Of a stretch of 64,000 nucleotides of DNA, positions 12,090 through 24,273 are shown one piece after another (position 1 is the stretch's first letter; each line of letters opens with the position of its first letter). The DNA comes from Octopus vulgaris (Eukaryota): assembly GCA_951406725.2 (NCBI GenBank), contig OX597815.1:172112001-172176000 (forward strand). Direction: 5' to 3'. A model generated the notes under the pieces. That model saw only the letters and a list, made by a program, of their open reading frames with translations, was not told the DNA's origin and made no database searches. A program made the translations under genes and the position numbers.

Positions 12090-13730
12090 TCTGTGCTGTG
12101 AAAAGAGAGGGGCGGACCTATCGACTGATCACCACCTAGTTATCTTCAACCCGACACTGTCTACAACTGGGGCAACTCATAAAACAAGTAAAACCAGTGC
12201 TTCTTACAGGATAAAGTGGAAAACCCTGGTGGATGATGGGATTAGGATCGAATAAGAGGATACTATTGCATCCAAATTCTGAGACCTTCCTGAAAGAACC
12301 GAGGAAGTCGAAACGGAATGGAGATCGTTGTGTTCGGCAGTTTCTTCTTCAGCTGTAAAATACTGTGGACGAAAACGGCTTGGTGTGACGCCAGGTGGCA
12401 AAAGACCTGGATTATAAATAAGTCTCCCATTGTGCGTGGAATGTACAAACGCCTAAGGCTAAGTTATAAGAAGACATTGGGGTTAAGCTAGACTCTAACT
12501 TTAGATTGCCCAATAAAGTATATGGTAGGCCATCTGCCAACTTGGAAGTAAGAAGCCCTCTTGGGAGGTGGAGGGAATACTTTGCTGATCTAAATTCGGT
12601 CATAATAAAATCCTCTGGTGGACACGAGGTGCATCTAGGGTGAAGACTAACTTAACATAGGCTGAAGTCATCGAGGTAGTTAAAGTGCTCAAATGTGACA
12701 AGGCTGCTGGAGATGATAACATTTGGTCTGTGTTGTTAAAAGCCTTAAATACACAGGCTGACTTGTGTATTCTAGGTTGCCTGGGTCTCTGGAAAGACGC
12801 CAAAGCAATGGTAATCCGAGGTGATACTCCAATTTTTTTTAAAGGAAGACAAGAGAGAGTTCTCTATTTATAAAGGAATCTCTTTGTTGAGCCTTCCAGG
12901 TAAAGTCTACGCTATGTGTCTGAAAAAGAGATGTAGAGAAATTATCGAGCTCAAACTTACTGAAGAAACAGTGTGGCTTCAGTCCTGGATGCAGCTCAAC
13001 CGACCAGATATTCACTCCACGGCAGATCATCGAGAAACTGTGGGAATATTGCTACGAGGTGTCGTCTTGCTTTATAGACCTTGAAACAGCATATAACCGC
13101 GTGCCGTGAACTGTGGAGGGTTTTGCAGGCGCTTGGGATTAATGGGAAATTTGCGGTTGCTGTGATGTCCCTGTACGAATGCCCAGATGTTTGTGTTCTG
13201 GTAAGTGGTACTATGTCGCACTTTTCCACGTGGGTATTGGACTTCGGCAGGGATGTGTATTGTTACCTCTCGTTCTCATAATTTTTATGAACTGGATTGA
13301 CATGCGCGGCCCTTTTTGAAGTGGTATAACAATCGGTGGGTGTAGGATCGGTCAGCAGATATTTGCAAGTGACATGATGCTATTTGGCTCATCAGAAGGT
13401 GATCTCTAGCATGTATTGAATGGGTTCGCCGAATGTTGCAAGGCAGAGTTAAGAATTAGCGTTGCGAAGATTGAGACATTGGTCATTTCAGAAAATTAAT
13501 CCCAGTGCATGATCGTAGAACATTATAGAGAGAAGTGGAGAAGTTTCAGTATCTCGGGGTCGTATTCATGAGTAATGGAGGGCAGGAAACTAAATTGGGT
13601 ATTATAAGTGCAGGTGCTGGTACAGTAGACACCAGCTCCAGTATCTATTCCTCGGAAGAGGAAAGGTAATAAGAAAGTCAAACTCGGCTCTTCAATTCGG
13701 TTTACGCGCCTTTCTTCACCTATGTGATTA
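12090..13730 (+). pseudogene. Decayed RTE-clade LINE ORF (endonuclease end plus RT), many frameshifts and stops
   Basis: Pieces: KRGADLSTDHHLV; KAAGDDNI; YKGISLLSLPGKVYA; QCGFSPGCSSTDQIF; CFIDLETAYNRVP; GLRQGCVL; IFASDMML (decayed FADD); YLGVVF. Confidence 0.88.
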
Positions 13731-14312
13731 GAATTTCACAACAAAGAATCGTAAGACGGATTCTTCCAACCAAGTGAAGTGGCAGATCTAAGCGTAGACC
13801 AAACCATGATGGCTTGTTAATATCCATAATTTCAGTTGGTCGCGCTCGGGAATCCAGCTGGAAAATCTAATGATGGTCGCTTCTGAGAGGACCCTATGGG
13901 GGAGGTACCTGAAGATTTTACTCTCACAACCTTCCTAGGAATAGTGGGCAGAGAAGATGGCGGGCTGGAATTATCTGTGCATAGTTCTTATTTAAAGCTA
14001 AGTGGATGGGCAATGAAGTTCAAATGCTTTGGCCATTGACTCCAAGCAACGTCTTGAGACACGACACAAAGTTGGGTTCGTTATAACAATAGTCATACAG
14101 TATCAACACAGGAAATTTTAACTCTCCCTTTGGAAATAGCGCACCTAAAAAATATACTCATGCACATTAGCAGTCGTTGGTGCTTTTCTACAGAATACTA
14201 ATTGAAAAATTAGTTCCCTTCCATACGATTGACATTTGGAATTGGTATTCGTTCATAGGATAATTTCGTATCGACCAGACATATATCTTTTGCATTATAT
14301 GCTTGCGATATT

Positions 14313-14532
14313 AAGGTGGAGAGAGCACAAAATCGTTAGCACGCTGGACAAAATGCTTAGCGGTATTTCTTCCGGCTTTACGTTCCAAGTTCAAATTCCG
14401 CCGAGGTCGACGTAGCCTTTCATCCTTTCGGAATCCATTAAATAAGTACCAGTTGAACACTGGGGATCGATGTGATCGACTTAAACCCTCTACCCGAAAT
14501 TGCTCGCCTTGTGCCAAAATTTGAAACCAATA
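14313..14532 (+). mobile_element. SINE family B
   Basis: Head AAGGTGGAGAG..CGTTAGCACG, B box GTTCAAATTCC, family core and tail TGTGCCAAAATTTGAAACCAAT. Confidence 0.8.
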
Positions 14533-15621
14533 TTTCATCAGCGTATTCATTCTAAATCTAATTTAAAGAGCTTTTTACTGGTTTCTGCAAATATACACTT
14601 TTTGCTAGACTTAATGAAAAGCTAGCTAATACAATAATGACACTGAAAATGTCGACATCTATTTAATATGAATTTCGAATCGAGGTTCGATAATGCCAAT
14701 CATTCTGTAGAAAAAGCTCGTTACAAAATTTAATATGAAAAACTGAATAGATGATAAAAAGGATTGCAAATTAGTTAGATTGGTAGTTTTACAAATAAAA
14801 AGATCGTTGTTAATCATGATATTTTAGAATTTTGCTGTATCAATAGCTTGTATTGTTTTCCGGCGCAAAATAGACAACATTCAAATGAAAGTAACAAACC
14901 AAGAATTGAAACTATGGCGACTGATTGTTTAATCAAAGTTGAATTGAATTTCCCAGTGATACTACTCTGTTAATTTATAGATTAACAACCATTGTAGCTG
15001 TAGTGATGCCAGGGGCGATGATAACTACGTCAGCAAGATTGACACCAATATCATCATCATCATCATTGACGTCGTTGTAATCGTCGTTAACATGAAAGAA
15101 TTTATAATGGAGGAAAAACATTTTAGTTGTGACAGTCATTCTTAATAATAATTGTAGCATCAATAGAGAGGATAATGTAGTTTTGCGTTGCATTTGTATA
15201 AGCCAGGATTTGAGTTATATTAATGAATTAAGAATGATTGTGTATTTAATGTGTCTATTATCTCAAGCGTTGACATATGGCCAGTAACACTGCGGGGGAT
15301 TTGACAAAGGTTAACCTTTATTGTGCATCTTGCCTTTCTTTTTCCAACAAAAATATTTATATTTATCCAGATAGGCGAAATATCAGTCATTAAGAATATT
15401 ATCAAAATGTCGACCGTCAGATAAAATCTAATGGCTATTTACTATCCACTGTCACTCTCATTTAATTATAACTGGAAGATAATCGTGATTAATAAAGCAA
15501 TGAAATTGTTTTCATTCCAGCAAAAATAAATCATAACTTAGAATGTGGAAGCTAAATGACCACCTAACAGGGGTCTTCTCAAATTTTTCTTCTGATGTAC
15601 ATCTACATCCTGTCCGCCAAA

Positions 15622-15766
15622 ATTCTTTTCTACTCTTGGCACAAAGCCCGAAATTTTGGGGGAGGGGGCCAGATTAAATCTACCCCAGTACACTACTGGT
15701 TCTTAATTTATCGACCCCTAAAGGACGAAAGGCAAAGTCGACCTCGGCGGAATTTGAACTCAGAAC
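15622..15766 (-). mobile_element. SINE family B, partial
   Basis: Reverse complement of the family core (GAAAGGCAAAGTCGACCTCGGCGGAATTTGAACTC). Confidence 0.75.
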
Positions 15767-15959
15767 AAATCCTGTCCGCTAAAATTGTCTGACTGGATGA
15801 AGAATACTGTGGTTTCAAATTCTGGAACTTATTCTATTGGTTTCTTTTGTCGAACCGTTAAGTTATGGGGGTGTAAACACACCAACACCGCTTATCAAGC
15901 GGTGGTTAGCGACAAACACACACACAAAGAAGCACCTCCCCCCATATATATATATATAT

Positions 15960-16223
15960 ATTCACCGTGCGGGAGAACGGTTGCCCCGATTTCAAAGGTT
16001 AATAAAAAAAACTAACACATGAAGATATAAGAAAAAAACAAACTCTTCAACAACAAATGCACGAAGCTCTCCCCTCCAGGCCATGGTGGGTACTACCTGG
16101 AACAGAAAAAAAGAATGGAATTTGATGAACTTCATAGAAACACAAAGTTTTTTCATGCATCTTCTTGTGATTGCTTTTTTATTAACCTTTGAAAGCGGTG
16201 CAACCTTTTTAACTCACCCTGTA
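15960..16223. mobile_element. Tc1/mariner-type MITE with ~50-bp TIRs (left TIR diverged)
   Basis: Left ..GGTTGCCCCGATTTCAAAGGTTAATAAAAAA versus right TTTTTTATTAACCTTTGAAAGCGGTGCAACC..CACCCTG-TA. Confidence 0.6.
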
Positions 16224-17031
16224 CACACACACACAATATTTGTCAACGAAATGTCGCGGTCCTATAGAGGTCGGTGTTACTGTTGTTTTTAGCCCCGGGA
16301 AGACATCTCCTCCAGCTGGCCAACGTGTCCGATTAGTATTTGCGAGGGAGGTCATCGCTCCCATCTCTAGCCTTACGTGATACACATAGATCTGGGTTTC
16401 TGAATGGTTATCGGTCTTCCGTGTGTGTTAATCACTGGCTAGTGATGAATAACTCATTCTACTTGCAAAATACTATATCCTTTTTCTAGTGACACACTGT
16501 CGCTGATCTCGTAAAGAGAGCGATAAGTTATATTAAATCTCTGAGCGAGAGATAAACAGTAACAGTACGGAATCGTAAAATGTATTTGCCAACTAAATAG
16601 GGCAGTCCTATAGAGGACGGTGTTACCGTTGTTTTTAGCCCCAGGAAGACATCTCCTCCAGCTGGACAACGACGCACAGTTTGTGTCCGATTAGTATTTC
16701 ATATATATAGTCAAAAAAATAAATAACGTTGGAAAAGGCATAAAAGTATACTTTAGAGAATTATTTTGTTACGGTTATTTTTACAGATATTCTATAGAAA
16801 TTATACTGAGCACAGATTTTTGCAACAACGTTTCGAGACCCTTTTTTGTCTTCGATCTCACTGTTTGTTTACATCTGACTTCTCGGTACGAAACATTGTA
16901 GTAAAAATCAGTGGAGGCTATCATTTCTGTAGAATATCTGTAGAAATAATAATAGCAAAATAATGTAAAAAGCGCTGCTAACGTAGTAGAACGTGGTATT
17001 GTAAAAACATTTAGTACACATTATAGTAGAT

Positions 17032-17232
17032 CAGTGCTTTTCAAACTTTTTGCTGGAGCGGAACCCCAAGGAAACATTCCACTGGCTCGAGGAACCCCTG
17101 TGCAATAATTTAATAGTCTTATGCACACATATCTGCACAGAAGAATTAAAAATTACTGCCGATTTTAGCAGTTTTGTAACTTCTTGCGGAACTCCTGGAC
17201 TGTACTGGCGGAACCCTGGTTGAAAACCACTG
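17032..17232. mobile_element. hAT (Charlie-like) MITE
   Basis: TIRs CAGTGCTTTTCAA / TTGAAAACCACTG; 8-bp TSD TAGTAGAT / TAGAAGAT (one mismatch). Confidence 0.8.
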
Positions 17233-17346
17233 TAGAAGATCATGGTTGCATAACGAAATACCACGTACCTACAAATCATTAGCATTTTAGAGAATGTTTA
17301 ATATTTTTGATACAGCGATTTGTATGGATTCTTTAACCCCTTTTCA

Positions 17347-17383
<37 letters not shown>

Positions 17384-17391
<8 letters not shown>

Positions 17392-18236
17392 ATTAGGGCT
17401 TAGTAAAATAAATTACTTTGCCACATACTGAACTTTCTAGAAATAGCAGCCAAAAAGGTTTTTTAGTCATTTCCACTACTTAAAGAAAATTTCTCTCAGA
17501 TAATGTTTACTCAAAATAACTCACGAAGGTATGGAGGTAAAAACAGAAAAATATCACAAGTACAAAGATTATTTGAGAACGTTAACGTTTCTAGATTAGC
17601 CAAATAAACTCAGCATTTCTTTCGTCAGCTCAACATTTCTTATTTTGGATTTGGAAGCACTAAAAAGAAAGAACATACCCTTTGGCGACTTATCACCTCA
17701 GATGACCCGTTCAGACTGCCAGCACTAACAAATTCAAAATGTGCAAGCGAAGATTCCCTGCTCTCCCCTTCCACCCACGTGGGTTATCTAGCAAACATTA
17801 TATTCTCACCGTTAAAATATAATGTTTGCTAGATAACCCACGTGGGTGGAAGGGGAGAGCAGGGAATCTTCGCTTGCACATTTTGAATTTGTTAGTGCTG
17901 GCAGTCTGAACGGGTCATCTGAGGTGATAAGTCGCCAAAGGGTATGTTCTTTCTTTTTAGTGCTTCCAAATCCAAAATAAGAAATGTTGAGCTGACGAAA
18001 GAAATGCTGAGTTTATTTGGCTAATCTAGAAACGTTAACGTTCTCAAATAATCTTTGTACTTGTGATATTTTTCTGTTTTTACCTCCATACCTTCGTGAG
18101 TTATTTTGAGTAAACATTATCTGAGAGAAATTTTCTTTAAGTAGTGGAAATGGCTAAAAAACCTTTTTGGCTGCTATTTCTAGAAAGTTCAGTATGTGGC
18201 AAAGTAATTTATTTTACTAAGCCCTAATTATATAAT
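17384..18236. repeat. Near-perfect long inverted repeat: 421-bp arms, 11-nt spacer
   Basis: Arms 17384-17804 and 17816-18236, spacer CTCACCGTTAA. I noticed one mismatch (AGTCAT vs ATGGCT). Confidence 0.95.
17987..18047 (+). ncRNA. Type I hammerhead ribozyme candidate (mirror copy at 17573-17633 on the minus strand)
   Basis: TTGAG-CTGACGA-stem II-GAAA-CG TTAA CG-TT-CTCAA. Stem I is TTGAG/CTCAA and stem III is the palindrome CGTTAACG. Confidence 0.65.
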
Positions 18237-18330
18237 GTAATATTTTGAATTCGCCTTAAATGGTCCTTTTACATACTGAATACTTGGTGAAATTGATTAA
18301 TAACTAATTAATTTTACCCTCATATATATA

Positions 18331-18378
<48 letters not shown>

Positions 18379-18895
18379 GCATACCTCACCCTACATTGTT
18401 AATTGGTTCCAGGAGACACGACTTAAGTCGAATTAACTTGTCTCTAGGCTCGGCTAGGCTGAATTTATTTGTCTCTCGGCTAAACTGATAATAACCATTC
18501 TCAGTTCTGTACTTTATTTATGAATGCATTTTCCATAATACATGGTTGATAAAAACCATGTGTGCCAAAATCTTGTCCTTATTATGTACAATCGCCTTCT
18601 ACTCCCTATAATTTCACTTGTGATATATGCCCCAAACTCTAAGAACCCCTGACTTAACGTCTAAATTTCGACTCTACGTAACAAAAATTGCCATTTAAAT
18701 ATGGCCTTGTTAAGAATGTTTTTGTGTAATTGTTGAAAATGAGCAGTTTGTAGTGAAACTCAGTGGTTGTTCCTATGTGATTGTATTTTTGTTGCTCAAC
18801 TCGACCTCAAACGATCAGCAATGAACTGTCATTCCTTCATATGTGACTTGAAAAGTCCTTTGAACTAGACTGGGGAATTCGTTTCCTTCGAATAA

Positions 18896-19283
18896 ACTCT
18901 TTTACTCTTTTACTTGTTTCAGTCATTTGACTGCGGCCATGCTGGAGCACCGCCTTTAGTCGAGCAAATAGACCCCAGGACTTATTCTTTGTAAGCCTAG
19001 TACTTATTCTATCGGTCTCTTTTGTCGAACCGCTAAGTTACACACCACCATCGGCTGTCAAGCGATGCTGGAGGGACAAACATAGACACACAAACACACA
19101 CACACACATACATACATATACATATATACGACGGGCTTCTTTCAGTTTCCGTCTATCAAATCCACTCACAAGGCTTTGGTCGGCCCGAGGCTATAGTAGA
19201 AGACACTTGCAAAAGGTGCCACGCAGTGGGACTGAACCCGGAACCATGTGGTTGGTAAGCAAGCTACTTACCACACAGCCACT
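18896..19283 (-). mobile_element. SINE family A
   Basis: Near-identical to 31390-31808 and 62656-63036. Confidence 0.88.
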
Positions 19284-19726
19284 AGATATTAATAAATAAC
19301 ATTTACTTTCTAATACAGAGGTTTCCAACCATTTTCATTCCATCCACCCTAGGCAACATTTTGAAAGTAAATTTACACCTCACCCGTTCTGGTTTGTTCA
19401 GCAATTTGATTTTACACGCCTAATATTATAAAGCAATCGACTTAAAGGAAATTTCAAATACTGGTTTTCAATTTCATTAAGTTCAAATAACAATAACAAT
19501 GATAATAGCAGATAACAATGTTATTTCACTGATGAATTAATAACGAACAACAATCAGAATATATTAGTATTATAATGGTTTTATAAAGTTGCCGATTTGT
19601 ATCCTAAAATCATTGTTTTTAATTGGTTACTTTAATGTTATTCCACGTATTAAGTTGAGCTGTGTGCTTTTAATGTTATCTAAGGAACATCAAACTTTCG
19701 GGCAGGTTTCGTGGTTACACGCGAGT

Positions 19727-20130
19727 ATCTCTATATATGTAAACGGCAAAATGTTTGTCTGTCTGTCTGTGTGTGTGTGTGTGTGTGTGTGTGCGTGCGT
19801 GTCCTTTATACAAATCCACAATTTTTCAGTTAGAAGGCTCGCACTATCTATGGTCATTCAAAACCGTCCAAGGGTGGTCGTGCACATCTTTACATTTCCC
19901 CAGCCACCCCGCAAAGCCATTAAAAAATCAATAGAATTGACGTTTATGTGAATTTTCTATCCAAAACCCAATCAAAATGCCCGAAACTTGATACGCCAAT
20001 TGAATGCCAGCTAGCTGTATGTGATTGGCCGGAGATTTGGCCAGTACTCGCGTGTATGTGCGCACGCACGCAGCTGTATATGCATGCACTAGCACTATAG
20101 TGCTAGTCCCCAATTACAAGAGAGCTAGAG
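19727..20130 (+). mobile_element. Possible non-autonomous Helitron-like element, 5' part
   Basis: ATCTCTATATAT start followed by (GTCT)n/(GT)n, an architecture typical of Helitron 5' ends. The 3' end is not defined. Confidence 0.3.
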
Positions 20131-20267
20131 CTGTCATGAAGGTAAGTTCATGAAGAACTGCGTATGATCTATACGAAGTGAATTGTCATTTTGAAACCTA
20201 TGTTTGCCTTAATAAATCTCTTTTCACAAAATAGGTCTAATTCAAAGTTTCTTCTCGGCTGAGAAAA

Positions 20268-20905
20268 AGGTGGTGAATTGGCAGAATCGTTAGCACGCCG
20301 GACCCCGACGAAGTGCTTAGTAGCATTTCGTCTGACTATATGTTCGCAGTTCGGATCTTTTCGATTTGAACGGCAGTTTTTTCTAGCGATATCATATGAA
20401 ATTGTCACCCATAATTATGACCCTAGAATCGATCTATTGCATTTCAATCTCTTTTAGGGTTAGGGTTAAGGGTGGGGGAAGGGTATCTTTTTTTTCTTCA
20501 GAAAAGTAAATAAACCCAATCTGTTTCTTAAACGCGGGACATATTCATACGGCACAGAATGCTTTTAAACTCAATAGACGTCACTGATTGGTTGAAATTG
20601 CAGAAATTGAAGAAAAACAACAACAAATATCTTACAAACTATAGAATTTTCTCAATAAAGCCAAGAGAAAAAGATGTTTTATAAACACATTCTACCAGTA
20701 TACGAAGTTTAAAATTTTTTAGTTACCTAGAAATTATGTTAAAAACTGCCGTTCAAACCGAAAAGATCCCGCAGTTCAAATTCCGCCGAAGTCGACATTG
20801 CCTTCCGCCCTTTCGAGATTGATAAAATAAGTACCAGTTGAGTATTGGGGTCGATGTAATTGATTAACCCTGGTCCACCAAAATATCAGCCCTTGTGTCT
20901 ATTCT
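20268..20905 (+). mobile_element. SINE family B interrupted by a MITE
   Basis: Head at 20268-20352; the SINE resumes at 20770 with AAATTCCGCCGAAGTCGAC. Confidence 0.8.
20353..20769. mobile_element. MITE with GG..CC termini and perfect 8-bp TSD (Merlin-like)
   Basis: TIRs GGATCTTTTCGATTTGAACGGCAGTTTT / AAAACTGCCGTTCAAACCGAAAAGATCC; TSD CGCAGTTC at 20345-20352 and 20770-20777. Confidence 0.85.
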
Positions 20906-22527
20906 TGGAAGAAAAAAATTACAACTGAAAAAATGTACAATTTCAGAATCAGTAAATTAACTCCAGTTTCGAAACCCTTGTTTTAACGGGCGATAGAGAA
21001 GTTGCTGTAGCATTCATCGAAGATCAAATTTCCCTACTCAATTTGGTTAATTAAACAATTATCACTAATTTATTTAGCAACTGCAATGCAAAATTTTTGT
21101 TCTGTCTTCCACTCGTGAGACGATATAATAACTGATCCCAGACAGTCTTGATTATGGGATTCTATATGTGAATAAAGACCTAAAATATGAACCAATAAAA
21201 TATTTTTACATTTCAGTATGACTTCCCAAAGAGTTCACGAATAATAAATCAAGGAACAACATCAACTGTCACTTGTGATTAAACAGAGTGCACAATCTAA
21301 TTACAATAGGTCGTGCTTTCTTAATAAATCTCTGGTTTTGTTTTGAAATAATGACTTAAAACGCAATTTTCTCGAACATTAAGCAGATGAGAAATAAATC
21401 TTCTCCTCCCTTGAGTAAATGAGAATTCTACGATAGATTTGATTAATTTTCCAGATAAACTGGCCCATTGACACTGATTCTGCTTGATACACTAGAGTAA
21501 GAAGAATTTAAAATTCCTTGTTAAAAGAACATTTTGATAAAAGAATTAAAACATGTGAGTTGAGCATAATCCTCTCAGCTGGTTAATAATTTACAACTCC
21601 CAATAGACATGTCATTAGATAAACTATTACGGCTTTTTTTTCTTCTATTACTTAATCTTTTTGTACGAAGAGTGAATTGTAAATATATAAGAACATATGC
21701 AACGAATCTAGTCCGTAAAAAAAAATGAAGTATCTTCTATTTTACAGATTCATAGGGAATTCTATATACTAAAGATTACAATTTAATTATTAAATCTGAA
21801 ACAAATTGTTTTTTATAGTTTATCGTTCAGATTTATGGAAACTTGATCAGTATAAGGTTTCAAATTTGAACGCGGGCATAATTTTGTCTAAGAATGAGGA
21901 ATATTCTAGTCCTGTTTTAGTCGGGTGAAGAGTTGCAGTACCTATGACTTATGCTGACCTTCCCAAACAAAATAGGTTATAACAGCTGATATTCGGTTGA
22001 AATTCAACTCTGGTGGCACCCGTGGTGAGATGTGGGCAACGAGTAAATTTCTTTTGTAAGCAGTTGTCAGTAGGAATGTTTAAGCTAACTTTTCGCGCAG
22101 TATTTAGTGGTGGTACAATTATGAATGATAAATAGTGGGGAATGTTAGGTTGGCTTTGGTAGAGGTGATATACTGCTTGTTAGTTCATAGAATCATGGTA
22201 GAGAAGTCCTAGATAAAAGCAGCTCATCTGTAAGCAAGCAGTTGTGGTATCCTGCTGACCTTTTTTTAACAATCAACAATGTGTCTTTGTGCTTTTGGAT
22301 ATTGTTTACAAGGTTTTGGGTATTTTGTAGCACCGCAGACCGCCACACCCACCCCACGCTAATAGTATTCTAATGTGGATTGCACACCAGCTTAGTATGA
22401 ATTGCACTTCAGCTTAGAGTGGGTTACTAATGAATCGGGGCTGAAGAAGCTTAGATCTATAATAGTTTTGATATTACAGATGCTGTAAGAGAGGGCATAA
22501 AATATCAGCATAGTCATAGATGATGTA

Positions 22528-22870
22528 GCGAAGGCGCATAGCTCATTGGTTAGAGCATAGAGCTTACGATCGTGAGGTTGTGAGTTCGATTCCCGGACCG
22601 AGCTGTGTGTTGTGTTCTTGAGTAAGACACTTTATTTTTCGTTGCTCCAGTTAACTCAGCTATAGAAATGAGTTGCGACATCACTGGTGCCAAGCTGTAT
22701 CGGCATTTGCCTTTCCCTTGGATAACATCAGTGGTGTGGAGAGGGGAGGCTGGTATGCATGGGCGACTGCTGGCCTCCCACAAACAATCTTGCCCTGTCT
22801 TGTGCCTCAGACGGTAACTTTCCTGGTGCAATCCTATGGTCATTCATGACCGAAGGGGGTCTCCAATCTC
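22528..22870 (+). mobile_element. tRNA-derived CORE-type SINE (family C) with 13-bp TSD
   Basis: A box TAGCTCATTGG and B box GTTCGATTCCC; TSD CATAGATGATGTA at 22515-22527 and 22871-22883. Confidence 0.88.
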
Positions 22871-23320
22871 CATAGATGATGTAAGAGAAGGCATAAAAAA
22901 TAAGCCATAATATTTGAAGTAACATTGAGAATTTTATGCGTGTAGCGATCAGAGGTGTGAAGAGTGCAGTGGCGAAATATAGTTTTCTTGTTCTGTGCAG
23001 CGATTGCATTTTGATATCTTTGAAGAACAGTTTGTTATATTTCTGTTGGAGGATGTCTTCAATGTCTCTCTCTATTCATAAATGCTATGCGAGTGTACCT
23101 TAGTGTCTACGTTGCGTGGATGACCTTTGCATGTGGAATATTAAGGAGTGAAGTGTAGTATTATCTCTGTAGAGGTGTTGAAAAAACGGCAGCCAAATCA
23201 TAAATATGCACAAAGTATTTTGTTATGTTCCTTTACATGCTGAGTTCAAATCCCGGCGGAGTCAACTTCACTCCTCATCCTGTTGGATTCGATAAATAAG
23301 TATTCATGTGCGAGAGTCAA

Positions 23321-23512
23321 GGATCTTTTCACTTTGACCGGCAGATTTTTAAAATAATTTCTTTGTAACTAAGCACTTTTAAACTTCGTATACTGGTAGT
23401 GTGTTACATAAAACATCTTTTTCTCTTGGCTTTCTTGAGAAAATTCTGTAGTTTGTAAGCTATTTGTTGTTTAATTTCTTGCATTTCGGCAATTTCAACC
23501 AATCAATGACGT
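23321..23512 (-). mobile_element. Partial second copy of the 20353-20769 MITE family (right half, inverted)
   Basis: GGATCTTTTCACTTTGACCGGCAG...AAACTTCGTATACTGGTAG...AATTTCAACCAATCAATGACGT is the reverse complement of about 20577-20769. Confidence 0.75.
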
Positions 23513-23514
23513 AA

Positions 23515-23690
23515 AGAAATAAGTATTTCGTCTGTCTTTACGTTCTGAGTTCATATTCCGCCAAGGTCGACTTTGCCTTTCATCCTTTCTGGGTAGGTAA
23601 ATTAAGGACCAGTTGCGTACTAGGGTCGATCTAATCGACTGGCCCCCTCCCCCTAAATTTCGGGCCTTGTACCTAGAGTAGAAAAGAATA
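23515..23690 (+). mobile_element. SINE family B, 5'-truncated
   Basis: Family core present. Confidence 0.75.
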
Positions 23691-23968
23691 TACATTCTCA
23701 ACAGAAACCAAGTATTTATTCAGTATGTGAAGGTGATTGGCACAGTGTCTTCCTTCAATTTAATAAACTATGAAAAAGTTAGTACTAATTTGCCTTAAAA
23801 TATATATTGTCCACTTATTCCTTCTAAGAACTAGCTGCATTTCTCTTTAACTATATAATCTTTTTTCCTATTTTACATGTAAAGATCTGCAGAATTTCAT
23901 TCTAGACTCAAACTGCCTGCATCGATTACAGCAGTATAGGAGGATCCACAAAAGTCATAAGTAGAGAC

Positions 23969-24273
23969 TAATTAACTACAACCGGGAACCCGGTCATAAA
24001 CATGGCTTACGGACACAGAGGAAAGCAAGGACGTTATGATAAATTAGCTTTTAAGCTAGAGAGGGGTGTTGCCACTTTTTAATAATAGATTTAGCTTCCT
24101 TTTTTTTTCTTTTAATAGTTTGGTAGGAAATTACTAAAAAAACGCCAAATTTATTATTAATAAGTGGCAACACCCCTCTCTAGCTTATAAGCCAATTTAT
24201 TATTAAAACATTCTTGCTTCTCCTTACATCCGTAAGCCGTGTTTATGACCTGGTTCCCGGTTATAGTTAATTA
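23969..24273. mobile_element. Fold-back MITE with ~125-bp TIRs
   Basis: TAATTAACTACAACCGGGAACC...GAGGGGTGTTGCCACTT versus AAGTGGCAACACCCCTC...GGTTCCCGGTTATAGTTAATTA. Confidence 0.8.

Noticed and set aside
22532-22600. tRNA-like sequence
   Set aside because: It is a SINE head: it continues into a CORE-like body and is flanked by a 13-bp TSD, with no proper acceptor stem.
21900-23180. Strand-skewed region suggesting an old minus-strand LINE
   Set aside because: No motif clear enough to support a call.
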